64,000 nucleotides of DNA from Candidatus Phycocordibacter aenigmaticus (GTDB lineage Bacteria > Patescibacteriota > Minisyncoccia > Phycocordibacterales > Phycocordibacteraceae): positions 355,247-419,246 of the forward strand of contig CP174359.1 in the NCBI GenBank assembly GCA_045401115.1, given 5' to 3'. How positions within the stretch are numbered: the stretch's first letter is position 1; every line of letters begins with the position of its first letter. The notes under the pieces were generated by a model. That model was not told the DNA's origin, ran no database searches, and saw only the letters and a program-made list of their open reading frames with translations. A program made the position numbers and the translations under genes. Positions 1-9,605 of this stretch are shown here, in pieces.

Positions 1-422
1 AAACAGGTGATGAATTGCATGTCGTAAAACTGAAAGGTAAGACCATACTCCCTGAAGATGATTCTTGCCCTATTGTCTGCATTGCCGGCGGTATTGGTAT
101 AGTGCCGTTTCGTTCAATACTCATGTCACTCCACGAAAAAGGTCAAGCACATCGGGCGAGTTTAGTGCATGTGAGTAGTCACGAATATCTATACGAAGAT
201 GAATTATCGCCTTTGCTTACACAGCAATACCGCATTACTCGTCCCGAGATTGAAACAACCGTGACAGAGGTACTTAAAGATAAACCGAGCGCATTATATT
301 ATGTTGCTGGACCACCAACTTTCATCGATTCTCTTGTTGCTTTACTTACTCAGCACGGTATTAATGAAGAAAATATTTTGTTCAGTCGCTTTACGGGTTA
401 TGAAGATCGGTTTGATTCGTAG
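1..422 (+). CDS. FAD/NAD(P)-binding oxidoreductase, C-terminal fragment (FNR-like NAD-binding domain); 5' end lies outside the window
   Basis: GGIGIVPF NAD-binding motif; ORF open at window start. Confidence 0.5.
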   Translation, partial: TGDELHVVKLKGKTILPEDDSCPIVCIAGGIGIVPFRSILMSLHEKGQAHRASLVHVSSHEYLYEDELSPLLTQQYRITRPEIETTVTEVLKDKPSALYYVAGPPTFIDSLVALLTQHGINEENILFSRFTGYEDRFDS

Positions 423-449
423 GTGTCTTAAATAAAAATCTAGTAGACG

Positions 450-1112
450 CTATGTGATGAGGTGCCAATCATTTTTGATATCAGGATGAACGATTACTTC
501 AGTGTTTGCAGGGAGTAGTGAGGCAATTTCTTCACCAAAATGACCGTCAGCACTATAGAGTGCGGTACTCGTTATACACTGCGTGTTGCCAAGATGTTTT
601 ATATTCTTTGGGTGGAACCTGTTATAAAGAGCTCCTCGTATTGAACGGTCTTGATGAGTAATGTTCGTGCCGAGTCGTATAAAAGGGATATTGTATTTTT
701 CAGCAAGATTACACGCTCGTTTAAATAGGGGAGGGTAGAAATGTATATGTTCATGCGAATTTATACCGTCTGGCGCAGATCCAAAAAGTGCGATGAATTC
801 TTTTATTTGGTTTTCCCATTCACGTTCTACCCAGTCAATACCTGATGTACTCGTTTTTAAGATAAAATACGCCCGTCGACTTATGCTATTAGGTGGATAT
901 TGCTTCTGTCGAATTTTTTGTTCTGTCGCTGTTAAATGTATGTCGCGTGCGGGGATACTCTGTAGCCAGGGGAGTGCGTAACGTATGTCGTAGAGGTGTG
1001 GCAATATCGATACGCGATTTATTTTTTCTTTGTTTGCTGTGGAAATGATCTTTTCATCATAATGTGGCGATAATCCAAAGTCATCAAGTGTCGTAATAAA
1101 ATCATGTTGCAT
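450..1112 (-). CDS. YdjC/ChbG/HpnK-family carbohydrate deacetylase
   Basis: 220 aa; His-rich HEHIH motif typical of YdjC-like deacetylases; sits next to GT2. Confidence 0.5.
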   Translation of the reverse strand: MQHDFITTLDDFGLSPHYDEKIISTANKEKINRVSILPHLYDIRYALPWLQSIPARDIHLTATEQKIRQKQYPPNSISRRAYFILKTSTSGIDWVEREWENQIKEFIALFGSAPDGINSHEHIHFYPPLFKRACNLAEKYNIPFIRLGTNITHQDRSIRGALYNRFHPKNIKHLGNTQCITSTALYSADGHFGEEIASLLPANTEVIVHPDIKNDWHLIT

Positions 1113-1116
1113 ACTA

Positions 1117-1827
1117 TTATTTTTTTTCTAAACCAAAGAGGCGGAGCCTGAGGAGTCCTAGAGGGAGTGTTATCAGTGCACTTAGCTTTGGAAGACTTGG
1201 ACGTGGATCAACATTCTCAGCCGGAACCTCATATATGGTATGTCCATACTTTTCGGCAAGGAGGAGTAAGTGGGTATCAAAGAACCATCCAGTCTCTTCA
1301 ATTAGGTGGGGTGCGAGCGTTTGATACATTGACATCTGGACACCTTTGCAACCAGCTTGCGCGTCGGTAAATTGATGCGGAAATAATATAGAGAGTACTT
1401 TGTTATACGTTCTTGATATGATTTTTCTCAGAAACGGTTGATGTTCTGAAGAGCCGTCGACGAAACGAGACGCTGAAACGATTGGCGCTCCTTCTGCGAG
1501 CGCATTAATCACATGTCCCACAGTATTAAGTCCATATGCAAGATCAGCGTCAGTGAAAAAACATGCGTCAGCTTCGTGTAATTTCCACGCATTTTGTATG
1601 GCGCGCCCTTTACCGCGATAAGGGGTGTATTGGTATTCGACACCTGGAACTGTACGCTTAAGTTTTTCACCTATATGTTTCGTCGCGTCATTCGATCCAT
1701 TATCAGCAATAATTAATGTAAAATGGTGGTGAGGGTACTGTCCGTCAAAAAACTCTCTTAAGTTCCGCACTGTGTTTTCAAGGCAGCTTTCTTCATTGAG
1801 CGCCGGTACGGCACAAATAAATCTCAT
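1117..1827 (-). CDS. Family 2 glycosyltransferase (polyprenol-phosphate sugar transferase-like)
   Basis: N-terminal ICAVPALNEE, NGSNDAT and DADL(AY) GT2 motifs; start taken at the internal Met (MRFICAVPALNEE). Confidence 0.75.
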   Translation of the reverse strand: MRFICAVPALNEESCLENTVRNLREFFDGQYPHHHFTLIIADNGSNDATKHIGEKLKRTVPGVEYQYTPYRGKGRAIQNAWKLHEADACFFTDADLAYGLNTVGHVINALAEGAPIVSASRFVDGSSEHQPFLRKIISRTYNKVLSILFPHQFTDAQAGCKGVQMSMYQTLAPHLIEETGWFFDTHLLLLAEKYGHTIYEVPAENVDPRPSLPKLSALITLPLGLLRLRLFGLEKK

Positions 1828-1855
1828 TAGGTTATTATACAAGACACACACTTCT

Positions 1856-2470
1856 ATGACAGGCGCGAGACAACAACCCTCTTATTCATTATATAAAAAT
1901 GTTTCTCGTCCGGGTTTTGACACATTCCTACTCACCGAGTATTTAGGTACCCTTTCTCCGGGTACGTTATTGGATATGGGGACTGGTACCGGCTATATTG
2001 CCATTATGGCAACCCAGAACAGGTGGCAGTGTACAGCGGTCGACAATAGTCTACAGGCATGTAACGCGGCAAAAGATAATGCTCAAGAGAATGGCGTCTC
2101 TTTTCCGGTTGTATATTCAGATTTGTTTTCAAAAGTGTCTGGTGTGTTTGATTGTATAGCGTTTAACCCCCCATATGGATATTCAAAACAAGGAGGTGCC
2201 TTACAAGGTATTCTGGAAACTATAAAGTCATGGATACCGCGCGATAACCGACTTTTTGCCGAAGCGGCATTTCTTTTAGTGCGTAAACAAAGAAAAGAGT
2301 TGATTACTCGTTTTTTAGACTCCGCATCGGCATATTTAAAAAAAGATGGCGTGGTGTTACTTCTTTTACACCATAGTGAAATTCCGTTTGTATGCGCTCG
2401 GTATCCAGGGAAAGTGGTCGGATCGGCCCGGTGGATGCGACTTATTTCTATCCCTGCTGAATCACTATAG
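1856..2470 (+). CDS. SAM-dependent methyltransferase, HemK/PrmC-like (NPPY motif)
   Basis: DMGTGTGYIA SAM-binding motif and NPPY motif; start moved to the Met at 1856 to avoid overlap with GT2. Confidence 0.65.
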   Translation: MTGARQQPSYSLYKNVSRPGFDTFLLTEYLGTLSPGTLLDMGTGTGYIAIMATQNRWQCTAVDNSLQACNAAKDNAQENGVSFPVVYSDLFSKVSGVFDCIAFNPPYGYSKQGGALQGILETIKSWIPRDNRLFAEAAFLLVRKQRKELITRFLDSASAYLKKDGVVLLLLHHSEIPFVCARYPGKVVGSARWMRLISIPAESL

Positions 2471-2474
2471 TGTT

Positions 2475-4031
2475 ATGTCTGTGAATCGCTATCTCATCGG
2501 TATTATTCTTATTGGGGTTATTATTGCCGCTTTTGTACTGCGTTTTGCAGCTTTTGACCACCCACTTTCTATGCACGCGGCAGAAGGATTTCGTGATTTA
2601 TTCGTTGCAAAACACGCGCTTATATATAATGAGTGGCCACTCAGTGGCCACCACAACGGCCTTTCTACTGTCGATAATAGTCCTCTGTATTATTATTTAA
2701 TTATTGGTTTCGCGCTGTTCACGCAATCTTTTTTTGGCGTGAGTGTGCTTTTTATCATATTTCAAACGGTTTTCGTAGCGCTCGTGTTCTTAATTACTCG
2801 GGCGTTATTCAATTCTATTGCTGGTCTTGTTGCTGCTTTTTTTCTTGCATTTTCACCACATTATATAATAACGGTTACGAGCGATTCCATTTGGCCTCCT
2901 TACTTTGCGGCAACATTTGTTGTTGTTTCGCTGTGGTTGTTATGGCGAGGAGATAAACAGACACATAGAGCACTTATTATAGCGAGTCCAATAGCTATGC
3001 TTATGGCAGTTGCGATACATCAAGCAACGCTGGCGCTTGCTATGCCGTATGCCGCCCTTGGATTATATGTGGCGTATAGAAATAGGTTTTTACTTAAACA
3101 CTACCTTATTGCCGGGGGTATGTTCCTGTTGTGTGCTGGTGTCTTGTTTTTACCTTCACTCCTTACACATCAAGGTGCATTGCAATGGGGGACTCGTATT
3201 TCAGATCACACCGTAATTCCAGTTTTTGATGCATTCCACTTAGCGTTCTCTCAAATACTGTATACGTTCGGATTATCCGGTATTACTTCTACTGCAGCGG
3301 CCGCAGTTATTATTTCTTTTATTACACTCAGTACGTGGTTTATCTATTCTTCTAAAGTACTGAGAAAAGAAAAGGTTTTTTATGGATTAGGAATACTGTT
3401 TCTTGTCACTCAAATATGCATTATTGTATTTTTTGACCCAGAAGGTTTTTTACGGCATATGGAACCGGCGCTTTGGATATTGACTGTGTTGCTCGGCGTT
3501 ATTATTACTGCACCTTTTATCAAACAAAACCATCTGATGATGGGTGTGTCTCTTATTGTTTGTTTGGTGACGCTACATGCCATGGTAACTGATGAGCGAA
3601 TGTTTAGGGTATATCCGAACATTGGAACCTTTGAATATCCTCACTATCAACTTATGGATCGCGCGGTTGATGCGTTAGTTGAAGATATACGTTACATAAA
3701 AGAAGAGCATCAGTATACTGATTATACGTTTTTCAATATCCACGCGCTCAGTAAGACGGGGAGTGTTGTTTCGCCACTCGTATTTTGGTTCCCATTAGAA
3801 GAGCGATTAGACGCTCGGCTTGAAAAATCACCGAATACAGTCACTGGTAATTTTTGGGCGAAACATGTTGATGATTATTTATTCTACGCTTGTTTTAAGC
3901 AAAAAAATAATTATAGTGACGAGCAATGTTTGAGTGATTTTTCAAAGCAACACACTCATCATAATATAGAAAAACAGGTGTTTTACGATGATGTATTGAG
4001 TATCTATCGGTCATCACGGCTGTCTCCGTAG
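2475..4031 (+). CDS. Polytopic GT-C-type membrane glycosyltransferase (ArnT/PMT-like topology) with C-terminal soluble domain
   Basis: About 10 or more TM helices then a ~120 aa hydrophilic tail; context beside GT2 and deacetylase; start at the Met at 2475. Confidence 0.5.
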   Translation: MSVNRYLIGIILIGVIIAAFVLRFAAFDHPLSMHAAEGFRDLFVAKHALIYNEWPLSGHHNGLSTVDNSPLYYYLIIGFALFTQSFFGVSVLFIIFQTVFVALVFLITRALFNSIAGLVAAFFLAFSPHYIITVTSDSIWPPYFAATFVVVSLWLLWRGDKQTHRALIIASPIAMLMAVAIHQATLALAMPYAALGLYVAYRNRFLLKHYLIAGGMFLLCAGVLFLPSLLTHQGALQWGTRISDHTVIPVFDAFHLAFSQILYTFGLSGITSTAAAAVIISFITLSTWFIYSSKVLRKEKVFYGLGILFLVTQICIIVFFDPEGFLRHMEPALWILTVLLGVIITAPFIKQNHLMMGVSLIVCLVTLHAMVTDERMFRVYPNIGTFEYPHYQLMDRAVDALVEDIRYIKEEHQYTDYTFFNIHALSKTGSVVSPLVFWFPLEERLDARLEKSPNTVTGNFWAKHVDDYLFYACFKQKNNYSDEQCLSDFSKQHTHHNIEKQVFYDDVLSIYRSSRLSP

Positions 4032-4094
4032 CGGAGTTGCGGATATGTATTGTACGATTTCCTATAAAGAATATAGTGTATTACCATAGGGGAT

Positions 4095-4415
4095 ATGCAG
4101 AACGTAGCTATACGACTGATTTTTATTGTACTTTTGGTAATCCCGATTGCTTCTAGTGAATTATTGCACGCAGTTATTCCGCATAGTCACTCGAGTAATA
4201 CAGTGATTGCTGAAGAAATGCATACGTTTTTTAGACATGAAGAAGGTGATGCGCTCGCTCTTTTTGATTTCATTCCTTTTTTCTTTTTTGTTCCACTGGT
4301 CGTATTTTTTGTGTCATGGCGATGGCGTGATCTCAGTGCGCGATTGATTAGAAGTGTTCATGCTGAACGTATTGCGCTACGGCGAGGTATCCTCCCTTAT
4401 AGATGTTTTGGTTGA
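4095..4415 (+). CDS. Hypothetical small membrane protein
   Basis: ORF with N-terminal hydrophobic segment; no recognisable domain. Confidence 0.25.
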   Translation: MQNVAIRLIFIVLLVIPIASSELLHAVIPHSHSSNTVIAEEMHTFFRHEEGDALALFDFIPFFFFVPLVVFFVSWRWRDLSARLIRSVHAERIALRRGILPYRCFG

Positions 4416-4462
4416 CCCCCCTTCTTTTATTTATTCGTGACTTATTAATTAACATTATTGTT

Positions 4463-5266
4463 ATGCAGAATATAATTGTAGGAATTGTTCTTTTACTAGT
4501 CGGTTTTTTTGGTGGGTATTTCGTCTCAGGTAATACCCTTTCAGAGGAACATAATATCCATTCTGAAACAGAGGAGCATGGTGATAGTGGGCATGCGATG
4601 GAGCATAGCACTCCAGTTGATGTACCCGCTGGTGCTTCAGCTCCGGCAGTTGCTCTTGAGGTGTTCGAAGACCCAATGAGTGGATGGAATGTAAAAATTA
4701 CCACTGAAAATTTCCGTTTTTCTCCAGAAAACGCGTCTCAAGACCACATACTCGGTGAAGGGCACGCACACGTTTACGTTGATGGAGAAAAAATTAACCG
4801 TGTCTATGGGTCGTGGTATCATCTCGGCGATCTATCAGTTGGTGAGCATGAGATAAAAGTGAACTTAAACGCAAACAATCACAACCCATACTCAGTAAAT
4901 GGTGTGTTGGTTGAAGATTCCGTAACCGTTGTTGTTGAGCCAGAGCCGGAGTTTGATGCGGCGAACGCTAAAATGATGAGTCTCTCACTAACAAATCGTA
5001 CACTTTCTCCGGAAATGGTAACGGTTTCTGAAGGTGATAGTGTGCATCTCATGGTGAACACTGATGAAGCTGGTGAGTTCCATATTGCCGGCTATGAGGT
5101 TGTGCAAGAGATGAGCACTGACGGAGCAACAAGTATTATGTTTGTTGCTGATCAGGCTGGGCGTTACGCGCTTGAATTCCACCCTAATTCAGGTGGGCAT
5201 ATGGATGAGGAAGATCATGGAACCATGGAAGACATTGAGATTGGTTCTCTTCTGGTAAATCCGTAA
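4463..5266 (+). CDS. Secreted or anchored His-rich metal-binding protein with cupredoxin-like C-terminal domain
   Basis: N-terminal TM anchor; His-rich linker (HSETEEHGDSGHAMEH); C-terminal beta-rich domain with H...FVADQAGRYALEFH resembling cupredoxin/EfeO-like Cu sites. Confidence 0.5.
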   Translation: MQNIIVGIVLLLVGFFGGYFVSGNTLSEEHNIHSETEEHGDSGHAMEHSTPVDVPAGASAPAVALEVFEDPMSGWNVKITTENFRFSPENASQDHILGEGHAHVYVDGEKINRVYGSWYHLGDLSVGEHEIKVNLNANNHNPYSVNGVLVEDSVTVVVEPEPEFDAANAKMMSLSLTNRTLSPEMVTVSEGDSVHLMVNTDEAGEFHIAGYEVVQEMSTDGATSIMFVADQAGRYALEFHPNSGGHMDEEDHGTMEDIEIGSLLVNP

Positions 5267-5289
5267 TTAAACAAAAAAACCATACATAA

Positions 5290-5315
5290 AAAACACCCTT
5301 TTTGGGTGTTTTTTA
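5290..5315. terminator. Bidirectional rho-independent terminator between convergent genes
   Basis: AAAACACCC-TTTTT-GGGTGTTTTTT hairpin flanked by A/T runs. Confidence 0.6.
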
Positions 5316-5900
5316 TGTATGTGTGGTTGTGTTTTTCCCAAATGTTAAAAAACGCACAATGTATGCAACTATGATTCCAAACACTAGTGCGCTGATATAC
5401 GTTGCCATAATAGTTCCATATGAGTAAGGAACAGCTCGGAATACACCAAGAATAAACGCGCTTAACCATGAAGTCATGGATACTGCGCCTCCGATATAAA
5501 AAAAGTAACTACGCAGACGGAATTTTGGCACAGTAAGTAAATTTTTCTCTATATGTTTTTTAAGAAGAGGCATATGAAGTGTATGGATCAGGATGCCGTT
5601 CAGTATCAAAACACCGACAATAGTCATCTTTGAGAGAAATTTTGTTGAAGCAAGATATACAGCTTGGTTCATAAAGAAAAGTCCAATACCGCTGAGAACA
5701 ATAATAGTAAGTCCGATAGTTACCAAAAGACCCGCTGTATCTAAAAAGCGTATTTCATCTTTAGTAATGCGTGCGTCATACATTACTTTTGTGAACATAA
5801 CTGCTGAAAAAAGCGCTGTTCCAGCACCAAGCGCAAACCCGAATAGGTGGGCAATTATCAAAAGAGTTTTCGGTTCAATAAAACCAAGTAATGGAAACAT
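5313..5900 (-). CDS. Hypothetical integral membrane protein (5-6 TM)
   Basis: Hydrophobic throughout; no motif recognised. Confidence 0.45.
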   Translation of the reverse strand: MFPLLGFIEPKTLLIIAHLFGFALGAGTALFSAVMFTKVMYDARITKDEIRFLDTAGLLVTIGLTIIVLSGIGLFFMNQAVYLASTKFLSKMTIVGVLILNGILIHTLHMPLLKKHIEKNLLTVPKFRLRSYFFYIGGAVSMTSWLSAFILGVFRAVPYSYGTIMATYISALVFGIIVAYIVRFLTFGKNTTTHT

Positions 5901-5992
5901 GGTACGAAAATAGTAACATTATTTCTATAAAACAGTCTTCTTTTTTATCTTTTTTCTTTAATGATATTATTTGTGTAACAAATAAACAGTTT

Positions 5993-7396
5993 ATGAAATA
6001 TTTACTTATAGCAGTTTTTACCTGGTTTATACCACAGTCACTTTTTGCGCATGGTCTTGGACAGCGTATTGATTTACCGATTCCACTCGATATTTATTTA
6101 GGCGCAGCAGCAGCAGCGCTGATTGCATCTTTCTTCTTAATTGGTTTTTTGGGAAAACGAGAAAAATCGTATGACACATATCCTAAAAAGAATCTTTGTT
6201 CCATAAAACTATTACAGACGGTTTTGCTGAGTCCTATAACAGTGAACATTATTAAACTTATCGCCGTTGGTTTTTTAGGTGTATTGCTATATGCCGGTTT
6301 TTGGGGCGACCAAACACCAACAAACAACATATTACCCATCTTTGTTTGGGTTGGCTTTACAGTAGGGCTCACCTATTTCATTGCCTTCGTTGGTAACGTG
6401 TGGCCACTTATTAATCCATGGAAAGCACTTGGTGAATTTATTGATAAAAAAGAACGTTGGTCGTTTAAACGAGAATGGCCGGTATGGCTTGGTGTATGGC
6501 CGGCGTTTGTTCTATTTTTTATATTCCGCTACTTAGAAAACATTGCACCGAATGCCACTGACCCAAGTAGGCTCGCGTGGTATGTCGTTGGGTTTTCCGT
6601 TATCACATTTACCGGGTTTATAGTCTTTGGTCGCGCACAGTGGCTGCGCTATGGTGACCCGTTCTCTTTGTTTTATCGTTTTCTTTCACACTTCGCGATA
6701 TTTTCTTATGAAGAGAAAGAGGGACAAAAACATGTATATCTGAGACTTCCTGCTGTTGGTCTCTTAAACGCATCACGGGTTTCATTTTCAGAAATGGCAT
6801 TCGTTTTGCTTATGTTGGTATCGGTGTCTTTTGATGGTATTTCAAGCACGCCGTTTGCGGTCGGTATTTTAAATGGACTGAGAGATATTGGTCTTGGAGT
6901 GCTTTCCGTAAAAGTAGCGCTTTTTGTGGGAGTATTTGCTTTCTTTGCACTTGTGTATGCTACGTTTGTGCTGTTGATACGAAATTACGGTTCACTGGAT
7001 AAAGATTTACTGACTATTGCAAAGGAATTCATACTCTCACTACTACCTATTGCTATCGTGTATGAAGTCGTACATTTTATGGTCCTTCTTTTAACAGAAG
7101 GACAACGTCTCTTTATTCTTGCTTCCGATCCATTTGGTTTTGGATGGGATCTTTTTGGTTCCGCCTCGTGGAAACCTAATTATGGTTTTATTGATTTTAA
7201 CTTACTATGGAATATTCAGATTGCGCTCATTTTGTTTGGACATATTGCATCAATATATATCGCGCATATGGTTGCGTTACGAGTATGTCCTGATGCAAAA
7301 AAAGCTGTGCGTAGTCAGATCCCTATGCTTATCCTGATGGTGGGGTATACCGTGATGGGGTTGTGGATACTCGCACAACCACCGGCACTATTTTAA
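5993..7396 (+). CDS. Large polytopic membrane protein with signal peptide, function unknown
   Basis: N-terminal MKYLLIAVFTWFIPQSLFAHG signal-like segment; more than 10 TM helices; start at internal Met 5993. Confidence 0.5.
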   Translation: MKYLLIAVFTWFIPQSLFAHGLGQRIDLPIPLDIYLGAAAAALIASFFLIGFLGKREKSYDTYPKKNLCSIKLLQTVLLSPITVNIIKLIAVGFLGVLLYAGFWGDQTPTNNILPIFVWVGFTVGLTYFIAFVGNVWPLINPWKALGEFIDKKERWSFKREWPVWLGVWPAFVLFFIFRYLENIAPNATDPSRLAWYVVGFSVITFTGFIVFGRAQWLRYGDPFSLFYRFLSHFAIFSYEEKEGQKHVYLRLPAVGLLNASRVSFSEMAFVLLMLVSVSFDGISSTPFAVGILNGLRDIGLGVLSVKVALFVGVFAFFALVYATFVLLIRNYGSLDKDLLTIAKEFILSLLPIAIVYEVVHFMVLLLTEGQRLFILASDPFGFGWDLFGSASWKPNYGFIDFNLLWNIQIALILFGHIASIYIAHMVALRVCPDAKKAVRSQIPMLILMVGYTVMGLWILAQPPALF

Positions 7397-7453
7397 CCAT
7401 CTTATAGAGAAAGTACTTGTGGTACAGTTATGGATATATAATGCAATAACACT

Positions 7454-8197
7454 ATGGAAAACGAAAACAAAAATACATCAAATGAGGCAATGAACCCATT
7501 CTTTATCCCGATTGCTATTGTCATTGCCGGGGCACTTATTGCTGGGGCTATGATTTATAACGGTAGCAATACTACCGCACCACAAGCGCAAAATAACGAC
7601 TCACCTCAAGCTCAAGAAGAGGATACCACCGACCAAGTGCGTCCAGTTGACGCGAGTGATCATGTTCGTGGCAATCCTGACGCACCAGTAGTTATTGTTG
7701 AGTATTCTGATTTTGAATGTCCATTTTGTCAGCGATTTCATAGCACGTTAAATCAGGTTATGGATACGTACGGTGAGTCGGGTGATGTTGCATGGGTGTT
7801 TCGTCAATTTCCCATCGAACAATTACATTCAAAAGCTTTACCAGTAGCACGTGCTTCAGAGTGCGCTGCTGAACTAGGAGGTAATGATGCATTTTGGCAA
7901 TTTGCCGACCGCTATTTTGAAGTGTCACCGTCAAATAACCAGACCGACATTGAAACAGTGCTTCCACAAATTGCTACCGAACTCGGTATTGATGTTGATA
8001 CGTTCAATGAATGTTGGACAGGTGATCGTCATGATGCAGCTATCGCGGCGGACTATAATAATGCAATTGAGACTGGTGGCAGGGGGACGCCATGGAGTAT
8101 TGTTATTGCACCGAATGGAGAAACCTTCCCACTTTCAGGTGCCCAGCCTCATGCAGCGGTAGTGCAACTTATTGAGATTGCGCTCGACGCTCAATAA
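7454..8197 (+). CDS. DsbA-like thiol:disulfide oxidoreductase (thioredoxin fold, CPFC active site), membrane anchored
   Basis: FECPFCQRFH active-site motif; N-terminal TM anchor. Confidence 0.75.
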   Translation: MENENKNTSNEAMNPFFIPIAIVIAGALIAGAMIYNGSNTTAPQAQNNDSPQAQEEDTTDQVRPVDASDHVRGNPDAPVVIVEYSDFECPFCQRFHSTLNQVMDTYGESGDVAWVFRQFPIEQLHSKALPVARASECAAELGGNDAFWQFADRYFEVSPSNNQTDIETVLPQIATELGIDVDTFNECWTGDRHDAAIAADYNNAIETGGRGTPWSIVIAPNGETFPLSGAQPHAAVVQLIEIALDAQ

Positions 8198-8199
8198 TA

Positions 8200-8742
8200 A
8201 TGGGAACTATCACAAAAATACTCACTCGCCCCGCTTATGGTGCTTTGGCACTCGGCATTACCGCGGTGAGTTTTGTATTATCAGTATGGCTTCCTAATAT
8301 AGGAGTTATTACTCAAATTATTGGGAATAGTAGTATCTCATTGACGCAAAAAGTTAATTTTTTAATTAGTTTATTAGCATCAATTTATACCAACTTTACC
8401 TTTATATCGGCGAGTTACACGATTGCGATAGCGATTCTTCTTGGCCTCAATATTGCATTATTAACCTATTATATTCGAAGTCGTCAAAGTAAAGGGACGG
8501 GTGGCAGTGCAGCGCTCAGTATTGGTGGTTTTGTGAGTGGTATTTTCGGTATTGGTTGTGCGGCGTGCGGTACGTTCATACTTACATCGTTGTTAAGTCT
8601 CTTTGGCGTCGCTGGATTACTTGCATTTTTACCACTTGGAGGTGAAGAGTTTGGATTCCTTGCGGTTGGCCTCCTCGCATACTCTGTATATATGCTTACC
8701 AAGAAAATTAATGAACCACTTGTTTGTAAGATAGAACAGTAA
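8200..8742 (+). CDS. 4-TM membrane protein with intramembrane CAAC (CxxC) motif
   Basis: GIGCAACGTF in a predicted TM helix; 3 nt downstream of DsbA. Confidence 0.45.
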   Translation: MGTITKILTRPAYGALALGITAVSFVLSVWLPNIGVITQIIGNSSISLTQKVNFLISLLASIYTNFTFISASYTIAIAILLGLNIALLTYYIRSRQSKGTGGSAALSIGGFVSGIFGIGCAACGTFILTSLLSLFGVAGLLAFLPLGGEEFGFLAVGLLAYSVYMLTKKINEPLVCKIEQ

Positions 8743-8744
8743 CA

Positions 8745-9242
8745 TTACCCAAAAATAAATAGTAAAAGCGTGTGTTGGTAGTGAAATATAATCAGGGGAA
8801 CTGAAACACCAATAATAAGTCCAACCAGTATTTGAGGAATAGTATGTGCTCGTAGAAAAACTCTACTTACCGCGATTGATACTCCAATACCTACCACGAG
8901 CGCGCTTACTAACAGCACAATAATACCGGAGAATTGTTGTGCCATAAGATAACTAATTGAAGTAGCGAAAAAACCTCCTGCAGCGGCATGACCGCTAGGA
9001 AATGAATATCCAACAGTTGCCACCGCAGCATTACGTGGGCGCGGAGTACGGACTGTATTTTTAATAACCGTTACGATGGCAAAAGTGGTGAGAAAAGCAA
9101 TAATAAAAAGTATTGCTGACTCTATCAATCCTTTAAAAAGCAAAATAGATACTATAAGAGCAGCAAATATAACGAAGTGTCGCGGGTGAGCAAGCCCCCA
9201 TATGCTTGAAAAAAAAGGACTATGAAAAAAAGATTTCAACAC
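8745..9242 (-). CDS. PAP2-family phosphatase (undecaprenyl-diphosphatase-like)
   Basis: KxxxxxxRP, PSGH and SRxxxxxH acid-phosphatase motifs. Confidence 0.75.
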   Translation of the reverse strand: MLKSFFHSPFFSSIWGLAHPRHFVIFAALIVSILLFKGLIESAILFIIAFLTTFAIVTVIKNTVRTPRPRNAAVATVGYSFPSGHAAAGGFFATSISYLMAQQFSGIIVLLVSALVVGIGVSIAVSRVFLRAHTIPQILVGLIIGVSVPLIIFHYQHTLLLFIFG

Positions 9243-9328
9243 AGTAATCTATACAGTATCATACTGTATTTGTATACTTAAAAGACATATTGCACTGATA
9301 AAATAGTGAATGAAGTATATAAACTGAT

Positions 9329-9535
9329 ATGAATAAAGATATTGTAATTGTGGTGATAGGTATTGTGCTTTTTGTGATGCTTTGGATTGGTTGGGGGATG
9401 TTCGAAGGGATGCGTGTAAATAATACAGAAGGGTCTGATGTATTTTGTACCGCTGATGTAAAACGTTGTTCAGATGGTTCATATGTAGGCAGAACTCCTC
9501 CACATTGTAATTTTGCACAGTGTCCAGGTAATTAA
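9329..9535 (+). CDS. Hypothetical small Cys-rich anchored protein
   Basis: TM anchor plus 4 Cys; weak call. Confidence 0.3.
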   Translation: MNKDIVIVVIGIVLFVMLWIGWGMFEGMRVNNTEGSDVFCTADVKRCSDGSYVGRTPPHCNFAQCPGN

Positions 9536-9605
9536 GTTTTCACTGTTCCAGTTAACTTAATTATAAGTCTCTGGTAGGTAGTAGTGTTTTTTATATAAAC
9601 GCGCT

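Noticed and set aside
4348-4822. ORFs 4348-4704(-), 4461-4676(-) and 4637-4822(-), antisense to the cupredoxin-like gene
   Set aside because: Overlap a better-supported plus-strand gene with signal anchor and domain structure. No features of their own.
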